From Tubiluchus corallicola (Eukaryota; Animalia; Priapulida), in NCBI GenBank assembly GCA_030141605.1, contig JAQGDQ010000024.1, positions 124,001 through 188,000 on the forward strand: a stretch of DNA of 64,000 nucleotides, written 5' to 3'. The position numbers were made by a program, and so were the translations under genes. Within the stretch, counting starts at the first letter, position 1; every line of letters starts with the position of its first letter. Below are positions 26,230-39,042 of the stretch, in pieces. The notes under the pieces were generated by a model. That model was given only the letters and a program-made list of their open reading frames with translations. It did not search any database and was not told the DNA's origin.

Positions 26230-28609
26230 TGCATTCATTACAAGCACTCAGTTAATTAAATAATATATTATATAAAACTGTCTATAAAAAACCAGCCAAT
26301 CATAAGAACAAAGTCTTAGAAACCAAAATCAATATCTCTAACAAAAACCGCCAATAGCGGTGGAGTGAATAAGTCTGGTAACTCAAGCTTCTCAAATGCT
26401 TTATTTCATTGATTGATTCTCTCACAGCCAAGAAGCCAGCAAACTGCTGAGCATTACTCACTAGTCACTACTGTTCATTTTCTTGCACACTGGCTTCAAT
26501 CGTCATGAATTCTAAACTCCATTCATAAATCCTGCAGGCTGGCGTGACACCAGACAGCACAGTGACGTCAGCAGAAGCCAGTTCACTTGCAGTTCGTCAA
26601 CCACAATAATTCTTCTGACCACGATTACCACAATGTCACTGACTCAAATTTATCAGCTGCAAAGTCAATGGCCTTCTTATGGTTTAAATGCTCCGGAGAC
26701 CACAAGTTTGTAAAAACAAAACTGGAAGAACCTATATGATAGGAACTATTTTGAGATGCACAAAATTATTATAAATAGGTCAAGATTTGTCAAAAATCAA
26801 TTACTTAAGGTATGTAAAAAGATCTAGACAAATATCTGCTGAAACAAACATATGCATTATGCATTGTGATGTGCTAGGCAATAAGGGCTAAAGGGCCAAA
26901 GGGCTAGAATATTTTTAATGGTTAACAGACATAAGTTTCCTTTTTTTCTTGAGAGAGGGAAGATGTGACAATTGGAGTTTGTTTGTATGGAAATCTGTTC
27001 AATAAGGGCTATCTAACGGGGCAACGAAAAGGACCAATACGGCAAAGAAACGTGTGATTTGGGCTATTATTGTTAAAATTATAAGACGTTACTTATAAAC
27101 ATGTTTATAATGGTGTAAACGTGCTTTCCTACTTAACACTTCAGTAACAACTTGTCAAGTTATCAGATAAGTCAGGTATAGAGAGAGACGGAGGGGGTAA
27201 TAAAGGGAGGCGAGAGAGGGACCTTATTTTTTATTTTATTTTATACTATTTTATTCTATTTTTCTGGTTACAAAAGAAATACTGCAGAAAACTATGTTTG
27301 GTACTACCTTTTTATATTTATATCATTATTCAGTTTAACCAGAAAATTAGTGAAGGTATCAAGTATTTGACATTTTTACATTGCAAAAAAGGAAATGGAG
27401 AAATTGACACATCAGGGCAGAACTGCCAATATTAAAGTGTATTTGCTAGAGTAAAGTGAGACCGATATCACAAGAATAGAAAATAGAATAGTAACGCAAT
27501 TAGGTACAAGTTTAGTCTTAATTTGTTAATTTTTTGTTTCTTTTTGTTTCTAACAATCGTCTGGCAACATCCTTGAGACCGATCCTACTTCAAGTAGATG
27601 GTTGCTGTGCAACCAGAATGAAGCTCATTATCAAGGACAGTCCTCTATAATGAGAAAAAACTGACAGATATGTCTCAGTGATGCTCCAGTTTGTACACAT
27701 CCTTCTTCAACTTTCTCAGCAACCACTCATCCACTACCATACTTGGCATAGCTTAACTCTAGCACGCACCAAAACATATGTCAAGACCATTCAACTAGTC
27801 TTCTCCTCCCGAAAAAGATAATACAATGTGCAAAGTCGAAACAAGGGTATACTTTAGTGCTTTGGATTTTAAACCTTTGATGTTTAACAATCAACCAAAT
27901 AATAGCACCAATCAGCCTCCAATGTGAGAAGTTTAACAGATTTAACTTAACATACCACAGACTGTCAGGCTGTATTGTACAAAGTTCTTTTCTTCCTACA
28001 TTAGTTGGAATTGTATGAGCCAAGCAATGGCTTTTATTTGGGAAAAATATTGAATATGTGGTGGACTGCTTCTGTTCACTGTTTACAACCTTGAAGGTGC
28101 CCCAAAATTATGGGCCAAAATTCCCTACTGTCAAAACCTTTGTGTAATGTTTACAATATGAACAATATTTTCTTGAGATAGGCAGAAGAATTCAGTTTGA
28201 ACAGTTTCTACATTGTTCCACCTTCAAATAATAACAACTGTAACCTGTTGCTATTGTTTAAGATTGTTTCAAGGTTATTTTACAGAGGCAATACTGATGT
28301 GCTGTCTTCAAGCAAGATATGCAGTTTCGTGGCAATGCAAAAGGTCGCCTACATATTTGTGTTTGCTACTTAAGAAAACTGTGGCATACAGTAGTGAAAT
28401 AAATTTATGCTTTACAAAGACATAAGCCTTCCACCCTGCAACGTATGTATACATGAGATTTTGTTCTCTTTACCGAATGAGTTAAGAGATTTTCTCCTAG
28501 ACTGTGGTAACTATATATTACTCATAGACTTATAGATGGCATTGGTGAGATACAATGCATTTCTCAGTAATATAAGTCAAATATAGAAAATTGAAAATAC
28601 ATGCATACA

Positions 28610-28735
28610 ATTTGCAGATTCCGAATCCGATCTAACAAACATAACTTGTGGCATGGGGTACCAGACGAATTTATCAACTCTAAAGCTTAAATTGACAAAT
28701 ATAGCTTGTGGAGTACCACAAAAGTCTATCTACTC
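28610..28735 (+). mobile_element. Possible degenerate LINE RT fragment
   Basis: Translates to ADSESDLTNITCG and IACGVPQKS, resembling the non-LTR RT motif GVPQGS. Confidence 0.3.
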
Positions 28736-31339
28736 AGTCTCTTAAGTCAAGCTTCAGTTTCTTTAGTTCATGTATCTGGCTGACAAAAATCTGAAAACTG
28801 TTGAGCAAACGTAAACATAGAAAAAACTGACACTCAAATGAAATCAAACCTTCTATGAATTAGCACAACGAACTTATACCTCTATAATATAGATGTTCTG
28901 GTCTACCTGGAAATTGTGAAAAACCCTTTCTGTGAATTCCACCACTGGTTTATTTGCTTGACAACAACCACAATGTCAGATTGCTAATCTATTCAATAAT
29001 AAGATTAATAATAAACTATATCAGTTTATGCTAAACACTGAACTTAAGTCAAAACTATATTCTCGAATCAGTGCTTTTTCTATTTTTGGTAAACTGCTCA
29101 AGTATTTTTACCCCCTTTGTATTAACAGAGGTAACTAAATATCTGGAAGCCATACATTAAACATCATTGCCGTGTCCCGAACTCAAGTTTCATTACTCTT
29201 ACTAGATTCAAGATGAAGTTTGCAGCCTATGAAAGTGAAGCAGGCAAACACTTCGTTAGCGAATTTATTTTGTTCTTCTTGTCCGTATTACGTCGCAACT
29301 TTTTTGGACTGTCAAGTGTAAGTTATGCATGTCATAAAATCTTACTAAGCATTAAACATTCAATCCTGGCCATACCTGATTAAATTAAATGATTCATCAC
29401 CTAGCTCACAAGTTATTAGGATAGAAAATAAAACTAAAACTGAATCTGAAGTTTAATATAAAAATAATGTATTACTTAAAAGTTATGGCTACAGTTGATA
29501 CTCTCAAACCTTTGAAGAAGCAGCAGTGAGCAAACAAATGTCGATAAAAATTGCTCGTTTGCAAGGCTAAGACAACCTTTTACTGAAGTCTAAATAGCTC
29601 TACATATACAGTCATAACCTACATTTCTATTATTGTCACCTCATTCACCGTTTACTCATTGAATGATGGTTACATTTCTGTGTGCAACAACTCGTTATAT
29701 CATTATCCTATCATTAATATGCATCTAGTTATTTTCAATTATCTATATTCGATTCACCGATGCCTTGCGCAGACAGCACAAACACATTCAGAAAGACGTT
29801 ATCGCTTGTAAGTGACATAACAAATATTTCTTTTTTATAATGCTATTTTTGGAGCTACAGCAAACAAAAAACAAATGATTATTAGTTCTAGGATAGTGAA
29901 ACTAATAAATAACACTGGACAAACATGATACAGAAAAGACAGAAAAAGGCGTAGCATGACCTGCTATTTATAAATAATAATATATTTTGTCGAATTTTTT
30001 TTAATTTGAGCAAATTCTCATCATACACTCATTAAGTCTACTACAGACATTAGGCAGACAGAATTGTAAAGGTAAACACAGCAGTTAATCTAACAAACAT
30101 TAGATTTCAAGGAGAGCTGACTTCGACAGTATAAGAAGAACAATAATTTATTTGTTTGCCTTCCAAATAAATACAAAAAAATATATAACAGTATTCAACA
30201 ATATTTATGGAAGGGCAGGATGGCAAAAGACCAAGATGGTCATCTAGTCTGCTATCCCTAAATGGTGAAACTACCATGGCAAGTGATACCATCTGCTATC
30301 TCTGCATGGCGAGTGAGCATTTTTATAGCAAGAAATAAAGAATGTAGGCTAGGAATTAATTAAAAATTAAATTGATGGCAAGCAAATGAAGAAAATACAA
30401 TATTATGCAAACAATGCAAAACAAAAGTGGCGAGTGAAATTAAATCAATATTCAATGAGCAAGAGCACATGGTAGCACCCAAATACACATAAACCAAATA
30501 GACAATTTAATCAAGCAAACCAGTGGAGCAAAGTAGTATGTACATGTAAATTCAGTTTGTTTTTAAATTTACTGAATAAGAGACAAAATTGTAAAAAAAA
30601 ATTAAGCAAATGGTTAGAATAACTGTTATTATGTTACATAATGTGTTAATTATAGGCGTACTTCTTATACATACTATTCAAGCATGTTTTTAAAAATTTA
30701 GAAAGATGTGATATTTATGAATAAGATGTTTAATAATGTAATTTTGTAGAAATTATGGCAAAAGCTAGATTAAATAATGCTGATGCATTGAAGAATTAGG
30801 ACAATACTTGCAAAAGAAACTTTTTAGTGTTAAGTATATGTTTAATTATTGGTAATAATAGAGATAAAGCAGACAACATAAACACAGTGAAGGATTAGAC
30901 TAATAACAGGGAGAGCGAACAAGAGAATAGAAAGCTAGTTAACAAGATTTTCCGGCACTATTTATTCACAAACGTGTGTGTATATATATATGCACTACTA
31001 TATACATACTATAAATTGTCAAACAACGTAATTTTTTTATGTTTAATTGACACTATATTTATGTGTTAAAGTTAAACTATATTGTTCGGCTAATCCATGG
31101 AGTGAAATTACGTTTTTAATGGACTACTCAATTCCATAAAATTACCCATTTGTGCTTTATGGAATTCAACCCCCACGATGTGCTATATCTAGATTGTTAA
31201 AATTTATCAAATTTAGCTAGTTACTGTATAATTCCGAGAGTTATTTCCAGTCTGTAAATGTCTCTTAGTTTTAATAGTCTTTTTGTTATCCTTTTTCTAG
31301 CTTTGTAGCTGTTTACTGTAATAATTTTTCATGACATAC

Positions 31340-31900
31340 CTCGCGAATCTGTTAATAATGACTGTTCTACAGTGTACAAAGCAGATAAATAAAAGAAACT
31401 GAAGTTAAATAGACACTGCCTAGCCAGTTGCTTGTCATCACCACTTTCGACGAAATACTGGACTTTTTGGACGTCAGCAAAAAGTGTTAATTTCCAAGAT
31501 CAATAAAACGTTTTTTCTCAGTTTGTAGATAACTCTATGTCTTCTATCATTTACTGTAAATCATACTAAGTGTACGCTCAAGATTTCGTAAATTTAGTTG
31601 GTAGCACTGAAAATTAAGCCTTATCGAATCAAATTTATTATACCTGCTTTTAACACCCAAATGTGCAATGTCTTGTTGTTGTCTCCTTTTCTCCGTGCAA
31701 AAATAACCTTAAAAAGCAATAATCACTTCGCTTTAGCTCTAAAAACCCCTACTGAGCTCTTACATACTGGCTTCCAAAGCCTCAGCAGCTGAAAACGAAG
31801 AACACCTCCAGATTTTGAAAAAAATAGTGCAAAAATGTTCTTCACACTTAAGAAACGTTTGCAATTTTAAGTTAAAAATTTGGCTTCAAAGCATTTTACA
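31340..31900 (-). other. Putative non-coding first exon of TRMT9B (5' boundary approximate)
   Basis: Strong minus-strand donor GAG|GTATGT at 31340/31339 next to the CpG-richer promoter; the coding exon has a free acceptor at 25301. Confidence 0.35.
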
Positions 31901-32140
31901 CGCACAATGAACGCCTCGTTGAATGACCGAGTAACTATACGGAGTTTGTAATAAAGCTTTTATGCGAATTGACACAATTTTTCAAACATTACGTCACTGT
32001 GACGTCACCACCTAAAATGGCGCCGTGCGCGGATACAGTAATAACATTCTGAATTACTGATGCTTCAGCTGAAACTGTGTTAAAAAGATGTTATAACAAT
32101 CGTGCATTATTTTAACTCTTTTAAATTGCTTAAGCTAACA
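31900..32140. promoter_or_regulatory. Putative bidirectional promoter (TRMT9B/LIAS)
   Basis: Local CpG enrichment; TTACGTCA (31989-31996), CRE palindrome TGACGTCA (32000-32007), YY1-like AAAATGGCG (32014-32022), about 120 bp upstream of the LIAS ATG. Confidence 0.6.
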
Positions 32141-35100
32141 ATGGCTTCGTTGTGCAATGAATTAATTAGTGCCAAACAGAGTTATATTTTAAGAGTTGTA
32201 AGTAAGAAACCCAAAACTGGGTAATATCGTAGTCATTTTCTGTACAACGTTTTGTAGCGTTTGCTGTAACAATACGATACACATACCTGCGGAGTGACAC
32301 ACGTACACAACTGTAGGGTGCGTAGTACGCCTTTAGGCGAAGTAGGACACTTCCGCTAAAGAGCGTGTGCTAAATTTGCAGAAAACCAGTGTCATACCTG
32401 GCAGCCCAAGTCCCTGCACTGGCGATTTTCTGTCGAGACTCGAGAATTATGACATAATAAAACATAAAATTAAATCTGTTGTAGAAAAAATGTAACTTTA
32501 TAATAATGATAGATAGTACTTGACAACTTGCAATTGTATTTTTTACAATAATTTCATCATTATTACTAGTTCCATTAATATCATCATAACGTTAAACTAA
32601 GTATCTAAGAGAGAAACTATGTAGGGCACATTGCTCGCTAGGCCGTTTACTTAGTAGAAAAGAATTATTTGTCCCAGAGAAGTGAAACAGAAAACCTGTC
32701 TGTGAAGTGAGACAAAATTAAAAATTAAATGTTGGGATCGCCTATTTTACTTCAAAAAGATTAATATGGAAGCCAAATTTAATATAGGCAGTTTTACTTG
32801 CTCAGAATAAGATTCTTTTATTTTATAAGACGTATAATAAATGTGTTCAGTAAATTCAAACGTACTGACGTTTTCAATTATTATTATTATTAAATGAACA
32901 ACGGACACTGCCAGTACAGTTAACGACACAATTCGAGACTTTTCTCTAGTGTCCTACTTGGGCAGCCCATGTACATTGTACAACGTATCCTACTTACGTA
33001 CAATGTATCCACGTGTACTACGTCGCTAGCCCATGTATGCCAATTGTCCTCCTTTTGCTAGTGTCCTACTCTGCTCCCAAGAGCAACATTAAATCAATAC
33101 CAGCACAATCAGCTGAAGAAAACTGCAAATTTTGAGTTGAATTAGTCATTGATAAAAAAATTTTCTAATCACTTTCAAAATCAGACCCTGGCAGTTAGTA
33201 CAGGTTTGTCCCAATTGATATTGAATTGAGTCCACTTATCATTAATTTGACAAGAAAGAATCCAAAACAACGAGAGTAATTGCTGACGTGGATATTGAAA
33301 ATGGGCACGAGCAAAAGCTATAGCAGCTTATAAGTGGGTGATCTTCGTAATGTGTTTAGTGTGTCGTTGAAGACTTCTAAAATTTGGTATTGTTCTAGAC
33401 TGCTTTAGTACAGCAGATTGTTGTGGTAAAGTGAACTGAAAGAGTTGGAGATGGATTCTCCCTTTTACTTTGTAATGTGAATAGGGTTAGTTTATGTTTT
33501 ATACATGTTTCATGTGTCATTCTGTGCCGTTGCTTCTCTCTCTACTGGAACTGTTTGTTGTTATGCGCGTATGATAGTTTACTGACTTTTTTCAGGGTTT
33601 ACTAAACATTTGCAGTCGGAGGTATACCAGTCGTTCATCTAGTTCGTGTCATTCACGTTTGTCGAGTGAACAATACCAAAAACTTTCCTCTGGACCTGAT
33701 TTGACCGACTTTATTTCAGGGAATGTGGACGCGGAAAATACCCAACAGACTTACACAGGTCAACTTAAAAAAGAAGGAAAGGAATGGTAATTCTGGTTTG
33801 AAGTGATTTTTGTACACAGTTTTCAGTAGTTTCTTCTGTTTTTTTATACGGCTTGGACATAAACAATATGAGTATAAGTTAGTTGACAGCATACAACACA
33901 GTAAACAAGTTCATCCCTTTGGACTGTCGTAATCACTGAGAAAAATAGTGGCCTAGTGTTTATGGTGTCGAACCTGTTAGATGAAGGTCACTGGTTCAAA
34001 TCCTGGCTGTATTCCAACTTATCACATTTCCCGTCTTTGGAGTTTTGTATCAAACTTTGATTAATTGTGTGTTTGTTTCAATGAGAACTAAATATTTAGT
34101 CGTTTTCAGAAATATGGTGCACTCACTAAAAATCCCATTACTATAACGTCTGCGAAACAAATGTACAAATGTAGGTTCATAAGCCAGTCGTGAGACTTAA
34201 AATAAACTTGCTTTAAAAATGGGCTGGATCCATGTAATTCAAAAGAAAAGTAACATTTTTTGGAGTAATTCTCAACATTATTTGAAAAAAACTTGCTCTT
34301 TATTTAATCTTGTTCTTGCGTGAAACTAGTTCAAGTACAATAAATAAGAGTAATTCAAAATAGATTAAATTATATAAGGTGGTAAATTAAAAATATTTTC
34401 TGGGTCATTAATGGGTAAATCCCAAGTTTGCTAAACCTGGCTGAGCCCGTTAGTCTTGGTAATTTTTCACTTACTAAACTGTACCAGCATCTTTTTTACA
34501 ACCGTCAGACCAGCCTTTAGGCCTACGTAAAAGTGTATAATTAAGTCTTAATTGCCTTACTCATAAATATAAATATTTGCACTAACTATGCGCTTTTTTG
34601 TAAAAACTCATTTGCAAACTCAACTTTACACGTCTCATATCCATCTAATATATGTTTTGCTTAAAAATATTTCTGTAGTAGCAACCAATTAATGCCTGTT
34701 TTCAAGTGGTTTGTCTTAAACTGAGTGCATTAAGTGGTATTGGTTAATTTGAAATGTAACAATTCACATTCCTAATTCTACATGAATTCGTTGAAATTAA
34801 TATCACAACAAACTTGTTTAGTAATCATTTAAACTCTTTTAGATTAAGATTACCTCCATGGCTGAAGACTGAGATACCAATTGGGAAAAATTACGCAAAA
34901 TTAAAGAAATCCCTTCGAAATTTAAAGCTAAACACGGTAAGGTGTATGTGTCGTTATATGGTAGTTGTGCTGACAAACAAAATTGTCATTTGAGAATGCC
35001 TTTTACTGTATTGTGAGCTTATTTGGCTTAAGTGTTAATTTTTTTTAATGTAAATGTGTTTCAATATGATTTAAATGCTATCTTCTTAAGAAGTGCTCAT

Positions 35101-38100
35101 TGAAAAGATTGACTTAGCTGTAACAATTCTGCTTTTTATATCTGCTATATGTGTTTTGTTACATCCTTGTTTAGGTTTGTGAGGAGGCCCGCTGTCCAAA
35201 TATCGGAGAGTGCTGGGGCGGAGGTAAACATGAGATTGCCACTGCAACTATTATGGTAATTGTTTTTTTTTGTTCTATAGTTTGCTATTTTTAACTAAGA
35301 CAAACAATATTCTTGTATTGTGATTTCTTGTGTGCCATAAAAAAATCTTATTGCTTACTAGGCTCTGTTGACAGTATAAATGGGAGATTGTGTTCTGTGT
35401 CTAAGTATGGTAATTTTAGCTAATTGTACAACTTATTTTGATTTTTGCTTGTTATTGTGTTTTATCTTTTTCTGCAAATATGGTCATCACAAAAACAGTC
35501 AGAAAGATTGTGCTATTTCTGACACTGGGGAGTTTTTTTTAATTCTTCATGTGCTGGTACCATTGTGAAATTCTATCGCCAACGAATTATTTTTCTGTAA
35601 TCATATTAGTTCCTTAAAAACTCACATTTCTACTAAGACATTCTTTGTTACTGAAAGATGGAAAGGTTTGTCTTAAGTTTTGAAATGCATTTATATCTCA
35701 GGCGCCATTTCCTACTTATTTCTTACTTTCAGTAAGTTTCTGTGGACATTTTATTAGTTTACTTTCTATACTACATGTATTTTTACTTTGAAAGATGATT
35801 TTTAGCTGGAGAGCTAATATACCAGTTGGCTGCGTCTAAAATATAATAATACATCTTATTCATAGTTCTGGCAGATGGAGCATTCCTCTTTCTATAATTT
35901 CCTGCTGTTGAAATTTGTTTCTAGGAAAGCTAAATCCTAATTTTGAACTCTGATAAATATAAAGCAGCTAGAATTGCTAAAAAAATATGCACTGCACAGT
36001 TATGATTGTTTTACTTTTTTACATTTCTTTTAGTTAATGGGCGATACCTGTACAAGAGGTTGTCGTTTTTGTTCTGTCAAGACAGCAAGAGCGCCACCTT
36101 CTGTTGATCCAGATGAGCCTCTGAACACGGCAAAAGCAATAGTAGAATGGGGTCTTGATTATGTTGTGCTTACTTCAGTGGATCGTGACGGTATAAGTTG
36201 TATACACACATAATTATCGAAATTTTCAAGAAGCTAAATTGAATTGCTTGACTCCGTGCTTATTGACTAAGCTTTTACAATATCTGACATGTATTAGAAC
36301 AAGCATGTTAACTTTTTTGTTAATTTGTTTGTAAATTAAAAAACCCTGTCTTTCTTTATAATAATTAACATTGACAACCATCAACCAGCATCTGATTTAT
36401 TTATACATTTGAACACATTGCAAACCGGGATGTACTAAATGTGGGTGGGGACACTGAACCACTGCAGGTGTCAGCCATGAACAGGTGACTGTAGCCCTAC
36501 ATCCTCCCAAAAAATAGCCAGAATTATAATAGCCACTTAAACTGTCCGATTAAGCATTCCATCAGGCGGCCAGTCTTCCATTCAATACTAGCTTTGACGT
36601 TGCTTAACTGTGGTCCTTAAACACATCGGGCCACTGCTGCTAACAATGACCCAGTGCAGGAGTACTTTACTAGTTAACTGTATTAGCCATAATTATCTGC
36701 AAACTGATACTTACAGCTAAATGCAGTTACTCTATTGCCACTGTTGCCAATATTAAACACTAGTGACCGCTGAATGGAGTCCATTCACGCTACACTGAAG
36801 CAGCAGCCTAAGCGGTACCATCTTACTACATCATTTCTATTGTTTTTTAATGTTGGTCTAGCAGCATTGAAACGTACATGACAAGATGTTGTTTCCAATT
36901 CTCAACTAAGCACTGAGCACTGCTTTAAAGGTGTTTTAAAGCATCATGTACTACCATTATCTCACAAACACTTTTTGTAGTTTTTGATACATATATATTT
37001 TACACACTTGTAACAAATGAAAAAGATAATTCCCAGTTTAACTTGCATAGAAAGATCTTATTTTAGTTGCTTTATCCAAGTGTAAGAATTAACTCAAATC
37101 TAAGTTCCATTTTAATACATTATGATTGTCGAACTAGTTTTAGTTCTGAGTTTCTAGAAATTGAATTAGTTGCAAGAATGTTAGTTTAGATTTATAATGA
37201 ACCAAGGTTACTTATGTCTAATCCATTAAAGTATTTTATCTATCTCTTAAATGGCTACATATTATAAATTAAACTTATCATGTTTTGTAGATATGGCTGA
37301 TGGTGGAGCAGCACATTTTGCTCAAACTGTTGTCGAAATCAAGAGACAGTAAGTAACGAAATTACATGACATTTTTCAAAATTTAATAACTGGAAATAAG
37401 CTGCATAAGTTACAGATAGATAATTTAGTAAAGCAGATAATTCGATAATGTTATTCTTCTAGAAATCAAAACATCCTTGTTGAGTGCTTGTTACCTGACT
37501 TTGGTGGCAACAAATTATCGGTGGAAAAAGTTCTTCGGTCTGGTTTGGACGTGTATGCACACAATGTTGAAACCGTAGAAAGGCTTACTCCGTATGTATA
37601 CAGTTTCGATTGCTACTAGTACATTGCAGAAGGATTTTTTTGGAGTATCAAATTAATCCCACCCCCTTGTGTTTTATGTAATAATGTCATAGTTTAATAG
37701 TACTTATCTGTGGGAGGAAACTGACATTCTTTTTTTCCTGAAATAATTGACAACTAACTTAGGTTTCTGCATCTTCAGTAGCTAAAATGCTGGTCCTAAA
37801 TGGACTTACTTCGACTGATTGCAAATTTTGCTCATCCTAGCGATTTTAGTGTATATTTTAATGCTCTACACCTGCGTCCATTCTTTTGATGATCGACTCG
37901 CATTCAGTGATTGATTAGTAATCAATAGCCATTCCAATTTGGGTGTGAAAAATGCCAATTCCAGTCAGAAGAAGAGAAATTCTGAGTTATTCACATATGA
38001 AAGTTTGAGTAATAAGAAGTAATCAGTAATTAATTTCAATGAAAGGCACCAAAGTGCTCAAAAAGTTTGCTGAAAAATTGTGAAATTTTCTTTTCATTGC

Positions 38101-38915
38101 CGTCTTGTGGGCATGACTTGTTACACTGGTTAAGGTCAACGGTAGCAGCATCTTGCAGTAGTGAGATTCATCAATACCTGTGTAAGGAATCTTCTCATCA
38201 GTGTTAAATTGTGTTTCATAGATGCATTCAATTTCAGATTTGTCCGTGATCCAAGGGCTAGATATAGGCAATCCCTAGATGTTTTGCTTCATGTAAAGAA
38301 GGTCAAGCCGCAAATGATTACAAAAACATCGTTGATGCTTGGACTAGGTGAAACTGATGAAGAAATATTCAAAACAATGCAAGGTAGAGTAAAACTATTG
38401 TTGAATCTTTCAAGATTACAGTATACAGATTTGAACTTATAGATTCAGCCACTAGTGCGTCTTATTGTTTTTGGGACTCCAGTCGTTGTTCTTAACATCA
38501 TTAAGAATGTTGGTGGTGATTTATTTATTTCATTTAACATTGGTTTGCAATCTCCTCAAAAAAGTAGAGATTATTTGAAAATACTGAGTGGGTTATATAA
38601 TGAAAGGAAAAGGTTATGCAGTTGTGACACTTGTACAAAGTAACATTATGAACATACATGTATCTTTTCTTTGTTTTTTATTAAACAGATTTACGGCACA
38701 TTGGCGTAGCCTGTCTCACTATTGGACAGTACATGCAGCCTACAAAACGTCATCTATCTGTACAGGAATATGTTACGCCAGAAAAGTTCAAACATTGGGA
38801 AGAAATTGGAAAGCAGCTAGGTTTTGCATACACGGCTAGTGGGCCACTTGTAAGATCGTCGTATAGAGCTGGAGAATTCTATATCAAAAATCTGATTGCT
38901 AAGCAACGATCTTAG
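32141..38915 (+). CDS. LIAS: Lipoyl synthase, mitochondrial (radical SAM), 9 exons; exon-3 acceptor ambiguous
   Basis: Exons 32141-32197 (least certain), 33596-33786, 34822(or 34843)-34936, 35175-35255, 36034-36190, 37291-37348, 37463-37591, 38238-38383, 38689-38915 (TAG). Motifs [26 protein letters not shown] (CX4CX5C), CTRGCRFC (CX3CX2C), [20 protein letters not shown]. Ser/Arg-rich N-terminus fits a mitochondrial presequence. Confidence 0.95.
32335..33075. mobile_element. Degenerate element with inverted AGTAGGACACT motifs in LIAS intron 1
   Basis: AGTAGGACACT at 32341, reverse complement AGTGTCCTACT at 32948 and 33060; repeated GCAGCCCA; same motif near 17733. Confidence 0.4.
33947..34010 (+). 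mobile_element. tRNA-derived SINE head / tRNA-like pseudogene
   Basis: A-box-like TGGCCTAGTG (33949) and B-box GGTTCAAATCC (33993-34003) at Pol III type-2 spacing; no clean cloverleaf. Confidence 0.55.
36555..36631 (-). pseudogene. Degenerate 5S rRNA-derived fragment (5S pseudogene or SINE3 head)
   Basis: Minus strand GCCCGAT...AGTTAAGCAACGTC...TAGTATTGAATGGAAGAC...CGCCTG...GGAAT follows the order of the 5S A-box, intermediate element and C-box. Confidence 0.5.
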
Positions 38916-39036
38916 CATTAGAAACAATGCAACATTGTAATGTACTGGTATCTTTGTTTATTTTGTCACATACAAGAAGTGTAAAGTTGTTCAGTAATAC
39001 TTCGTAGCCTTTCATATTGACTTGTTACATATATTT

Positions 39037-39042
39037 AATAAA
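39037..39042 (+). terminator. Likely LIAS polyadenylation signal AATAAA
   Basis: First AATAAA, about 120 nt after the TAG, followed by T/GT-rich sequence. Confidence 0.55.
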
